Of a DNA stretch of 41,782 bases, positions 38,436-41,782 are shown piece by piece (the first letter of the stretch is position 1; every line of letters starts with the position of its first letter). The position numbers and the translations under genes are program-made. The notes under the pieces were generated by a model. That model ran no database searches, was not told where the DNA came from, and was given only the letters and a program-made list of their open reading frames with translations. The stretch is from an uncultured Lysobacter sp. (GTDB lineage Bacteria > Pseudomonadota > Gammaproteobacteria > Xanthomonadales > Xanthomonadaceae): positions 1 through 41,782 of the forward strand of contig CBFGOS010000001.1 of NCBI GenBank assembly GCA_965650425.1, read 5' to 3'.

Positions 38436-41400
38436 ATGGATCGGACACTTCAGGGATGGCGAACCGGCCTGCTGGCGGTAGCGTGCGCGCTGTTGGCCAT
38501 GGCGACGCAGGCGGCCCGCGCCGGGCTTCCGGAGACTCCCCGCCTGAGGCAACTGACCGTGGCCGACGGTTTGCCATCCAACCGCATCAACGACCTCTCG
38601 GAGGATCGCCACGGTTACCTGTGGATCGCGACGAGTGATGGTCTGGCCCGGTTTGATGGACTGGACTACCAGGTTTGGCGCGTTGAGCAGGGCTTGCGGG
38701 ACAACTTCGTCTGGAGCGTCCACGTGGACGCGAACAACCGGCTGTGGGTGGCCACGCGCATGGCCGGTCTTGCCATGTTCGACGAAGCCCGACGGTCCTT
38801 CCGGTACTACAACGCCGCAAACAGCCCGGTCATGGCCAGCAATGACATCTGGACCGTCACCTCGACGGCCAATGGCGACGTCTGGTTCGGCACCGCCGAC
38901 CATGGCCTGTACCGATTGGATGGCACGGGGCGCATCACCCGCTTCATGCCGCGCGCTGGCGATCCGCGCAGCGTCCCGCATCAAAGTGTCTCGAAAGTGC
39001 TCGTCGCACCTGACGGAACGTTATGGGTGGGTACCAAGGCGGGCGTGGCGCGCTGGACCGGGCGGGATTTCGAGCGGTTGGCCGAGCCATCACTCGGGTC
39101 GGCCCTGGTCAATGCCATGACCGTCGAGCCGGACGGCACCCTGTGGATCGGCACCAGCGAGGGCGTGGCCGTGCGCCATCCCGATGGCCGCGTGGAGCGG
39201 AACCCCTTCGGCCGCGAGCGGGTACTGCATGTGCTGCACCGGGACCGCGACGGCAGCCGGTGGCTGGACATCCCGCAAGGTCTTGGTCGTGAAAGCGACG
39301 GAGAGATGGCCGTGGTGCCGCTGTACAGCCTGTCCAGCCGCGGCAGCGTCCGTCCGCCCTGGGTCAAGGCGTATGAGGACCATGAAGGGGGCCTCTGGTT
39401 TGCCAGCAGCAGCAACGGGTTGTGGTACCTGCCGCCCAACTGGCGGCAGTTCTCGGTACTGCCGCGCCGCCTGGAAGATCCCACGTCGCTGGCGAATGCG
39501 AGCGTGTTGGGCATCGCGCCTTCGCGGGATGCACACATGTGGCTGGTCGGCACCGGTGGCGTGCTCGACCGCTTCGATCCTGAGTCTGGTCGCGTGGAGC
39601 ACGTGTTGCGCGACGTTGGCCAAGGCCTGGTCCTGAGTTCGGTCCTGGAGGATCGCCGCGGGCGCGTGTGGATTGCCTACCTCGGCGGTCTCGTCCGGTA
39701 CGACCCGCGCTCGCGGACGTTGCGGCGCTGGACGAGCAGCTCCGGCTCCTCGATCCCCTCGGCCATCGAGCCGATTGGCATGGTGGAAGATGGCGAAGGC
39801 GTTATCTGGATCGCCACTGAAGCCAACGGCCTGCAGGCCCGTGATGCCGATGGACGCTTGCTGCACGCCCTGCTCCCGGGCGACGGCCAGGGGCTTCCGG
39901 GCAATACCCAGTTGGTGTCGCTGGCGCTGGGGCCGGAAGGCCGCCCATGGGTCATGGGCACGCACGGCGTGTTTGCGTGGGACGCCGCGCGCAAGCGCCT
40001 TGTGCGCGTCGCGGGACTGCCTATCGTAGGCGTGCGCCATGTGACGGTGGCGCCCGATGGGCAGGTCTGGATGGCGCGCAACGATGCCGTCGAACGCTAT
40101 CGGATTACCGCGACGGGGTATTCGCGGACGTGGCGGATGGACGCGACGCAGGGGCTGCCACAGGTGGTGGCCAATGGCATCGCTCTCGACGCCGCGGGCG
40201 TGGTCTGGCTGACCAGCGTGCGCGGCATCATTCGCGTCGATCCACAGATGCGGCGTGCTCGCGTGTTTGGCGTTCCCGATGGTCTGCCCAGCCAGGAGTT
40301 CGCCGGGCCGCCTGTCCAGCGGCCGGGGGATGGCCGAATTCTGGCTGGCACGCCGGAGGGGTTGGTCTTGTTCGACCCGGCCGTGGTGCGCCCGTCGAGT
40401 CGGCCGCCGCGGCTGGTCCTGGAAGGCATCCAGGTCCGTAACGATGCCGGCGTGCATCGGCTGAAAAATCAAGGCGGTTTCCAGCTGGCGCACGACGACC
40501 GTGATCTCCGCGTGGCGGCGCGGTTGCTGTCGTTCAACAATGCGTTGACGCACGCCTACCGCTTCCGGCTGGAGGGCCACGACAGCGACTGGGTGGACGT
40601 CGACATGCGCGGCGAGCGCGTGTTCAGCGCGTTGGCGCCCGGCCCCTATCGGCTTGCGATCCGTGCGCGCAATGCCGACAACGTCTGGTCGCCCGTTCAC
40701 ACGATCGCGTTCGATGTCGCTGCGCCGTGGTGGCGCACCCCCGCGGCAATGGCCGGCGGTGCGGCGATGGCGGTGCTGCTGGCCTGGTGGTGGATCGACG
40801 TTTATCGCAGGCGCACGCGTCGTCGACATGCGCTGCAGATGGCGCAGCAGGAGCGGGCGATGGCCGAGCAGGCGTCGTTGGCCAAGACGCGCTTCCTCGC
40901 GACGCTGGGGCACGAAGTCCGCACGCCCATGACCGGCGTGCTGGGCATGAGCGAGCTGTTGCTGGGCACGGCCCTGGACCGGCAGCAGCGCGGTTACGCC
41001 GAATCGATCCGCCGTGCCGGTGAGCGCCTGTTGCGGCTGGTCAACGATGCCCTAGACCTGGCGCGTATCGAGTCCGGCAAGCTGGAGCTTGATCCGCAGC
41101 CCTTCGATCCCCGCGCTTTGGTGGACGAGACCGTGGCGCTGATGGCGCCGCTCGCACGGCAGAAGGGACTGGCATTCAATGCCGAGGTGGCGCCCGAGCT
41201 TCCTGCCGCCCTGGTGGGCGATGCGGACCGGATCGCACAGATCCTGACCAACCTGCTGGCCAATGCCATCAAGTTCACCGAAGAGGGCCGCGTGACTTTG
41301 CGCGTCGACATGCTGGCCCCGTCGGGGCTCACCTTGGAGGTGGCCGACACCGGCCCGGGCCTGAGTGAGGAGCAGGCGGGCCGTCTGTTCCGCCGCTTCG

Positions 41401-41782
41401 AACAGGCCGAAGGCGCCCGAACGGCGGCGCGTTACGGGGGGAGTGGCCTGGGCTTGGCCATCTGCCAGGAGCTGGCGGCGGCGATGGGCGGGCGGATCAG
41501 CGTCACCAGCGCTTTGGGCGAGGGTGCGCGCTTCGTGGTGCAACTGCCACTCGACGAGGCGGGGGCGGCGCCGGCACCCGTCACGTCGATCGCCCAGGAC
41601 ATGCCGTCGCACGCGCCACGGGATGGCGCTTCCCCGCTGCGGATCCTGCTGGTGGAGGATGACGTCACCGTGGCGGACGTGATGACCGGCCTACTGAAGG
41701 CGCAAGGGCACCCTGTCCACCACGCGCCGCACGCCTTGGCCGCCCTGACCGCGACGGCGGCACAGGCGTTCGACGTCGCCGT
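38436..41782 (+). CDS. hybrid sensor histidine kinase (periplasmic beta-propeller + Y_Y_Y + TM + HisKA/HATPase + receiver), cut by the window end
   Basis: Absent from ORF track because no stop lies in the window. MDRTLQ..., signal peptide, DGLPSN..LWIATSDGLARFDG propeller repeats, FLATLGHEVRTPM H-box (40911), NAIKFT, DTGPG, GSGLGL, RILLVEDD; start, H-box and receiver share one frame. Confidence 0.9.
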   Translation, partial: MDRTLQGWRTGLLAVACALLAMATQAARAGLPETPRLRQLTVADGLPSNRINDLSEDRHGYLWIATSDGLARFDGLDYQVWRVEQGLRDNFVWSVHVDANNRLWVATRMAGLAMFDEARRSFRYYNAANSPVMASNDIWTVTSTANGDVWFGTADHGLYRLDGTGRITRFMPRAGDPRSVPHQSVSKVLVAPDGTLWVGTKAGVARWTGRDFERLAEPSLGSALVNAMTVEPDGTLWIGTSEGVAVRHPDGRVERNPFGRERVLHVLHRDRDGSRWLDIPQGLGRESDGEMAVVPLYSLSSRGSVRPPWVKAYEDHEGGLWFASSSNGLWYLPPNWRQFSVLPRRLEDPTSLANASVLGIAPSRDAHMWLVGTGGVLDRFDPESGRVEHVLRDVGQGLVLSSVLEDRRGRVWIAYLGGLVRYDPRSRTLRRWTSSSGSSIPSAIEPIGMVEDGEGVIWIATEANGLQARDADGRLLHALLPGDGQGLPGNTQLVSLALGPEGRPWVMGTHGVFAWDAARKRLVRVAGLPIVGVRHVTVAPDGQVWMARNDAVERYRITATGYSRTWRMDATQGLPQVVANGIALDAAGVVWLTSVRGIIRVDPQMRRARVFGVPDGLPSQEFAGPPVQRPGDGRILAGTPEGLVLFDPAVVRPSSRPPRLVLEGIQVRNDAGVHRLKNQGGFQLAHDDRDLRVAARLLSFNNALTHAYRFRLEGHDSDWVDVDMRGERVFSALAPGPYRLAIRARNADNVWSPVHTIAFDVAAPWWRTPAAMAGGAAMAVLLAWWWIDVYRRRTRRRHALQMAQQERAMAEQASLAKTRFLATLGHEVRTPMTGVLGMSELLLGTALDRQQRGYAESIRRAGERLLRLVNDALDLARIESGKLELDPQPFDPRALVDETVALMAPLARQKGLAFNAEVAPELPAALVGDADRIAQILTNLLANAIKFTEEGRVTLRVDMLAPSGLTLEVADTGPGLSEEQAGRLFRRFEQAEGARTAARYGGSGLGLAICQELAAAMGGRISVTSALGEGARFVVQLPLDEAGAAPAPVTSIAQDMPSHAPRDGASPLRILLVEDDVTVADVMTGLLKAQGHPVHHAPHALAALTATAAQAFDVA

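Noticed and set aside
38262-38984. Upstream extension of the YceI ORF (469 aa)
   Set aside because: Largely antisense to the sensor kinase; the YceI signal peptide starts near 38261

Overview
GC-rich bacterial chromosome segment. Gene content and order (metX-metB-hom behind a SAM-I riboswitch, fadE/TetR, hslO-mtgA, prfC, sdaA, yceI/cyt b561) point to a Xanthomonadaceae/Lysobacteraceae-type gammaproteobacterium (inference). About 31 CDS, mostly housekeeping or envelope genes; I saw no rRNA, tRNA, CRISPR or intact mobile element. The best candidate for an undescribed system is 14.3-22.2 kb: two 2OG-Fe(II) oxygenases and two sulfotransferase-fold proteins (one TPR-fused, one atypical) beside a Cys-rich TonB-dependent receptor and an unknown exported protein, with no scaffold-synthesis gene. 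Features missing from the ORF track: a promoter/terminator-bounded ~175-nt sRNA candidate, a 58-codon TonB C-terminal remnant, a 41-codon ORF coupled to fadE, a SAM-I riboswitch with a possible tRNA-fMet pairing site and upstream operator, and a hybrid sensor kinase running off the right edge. All calls come from reading motifs by eye; no database searches were run.
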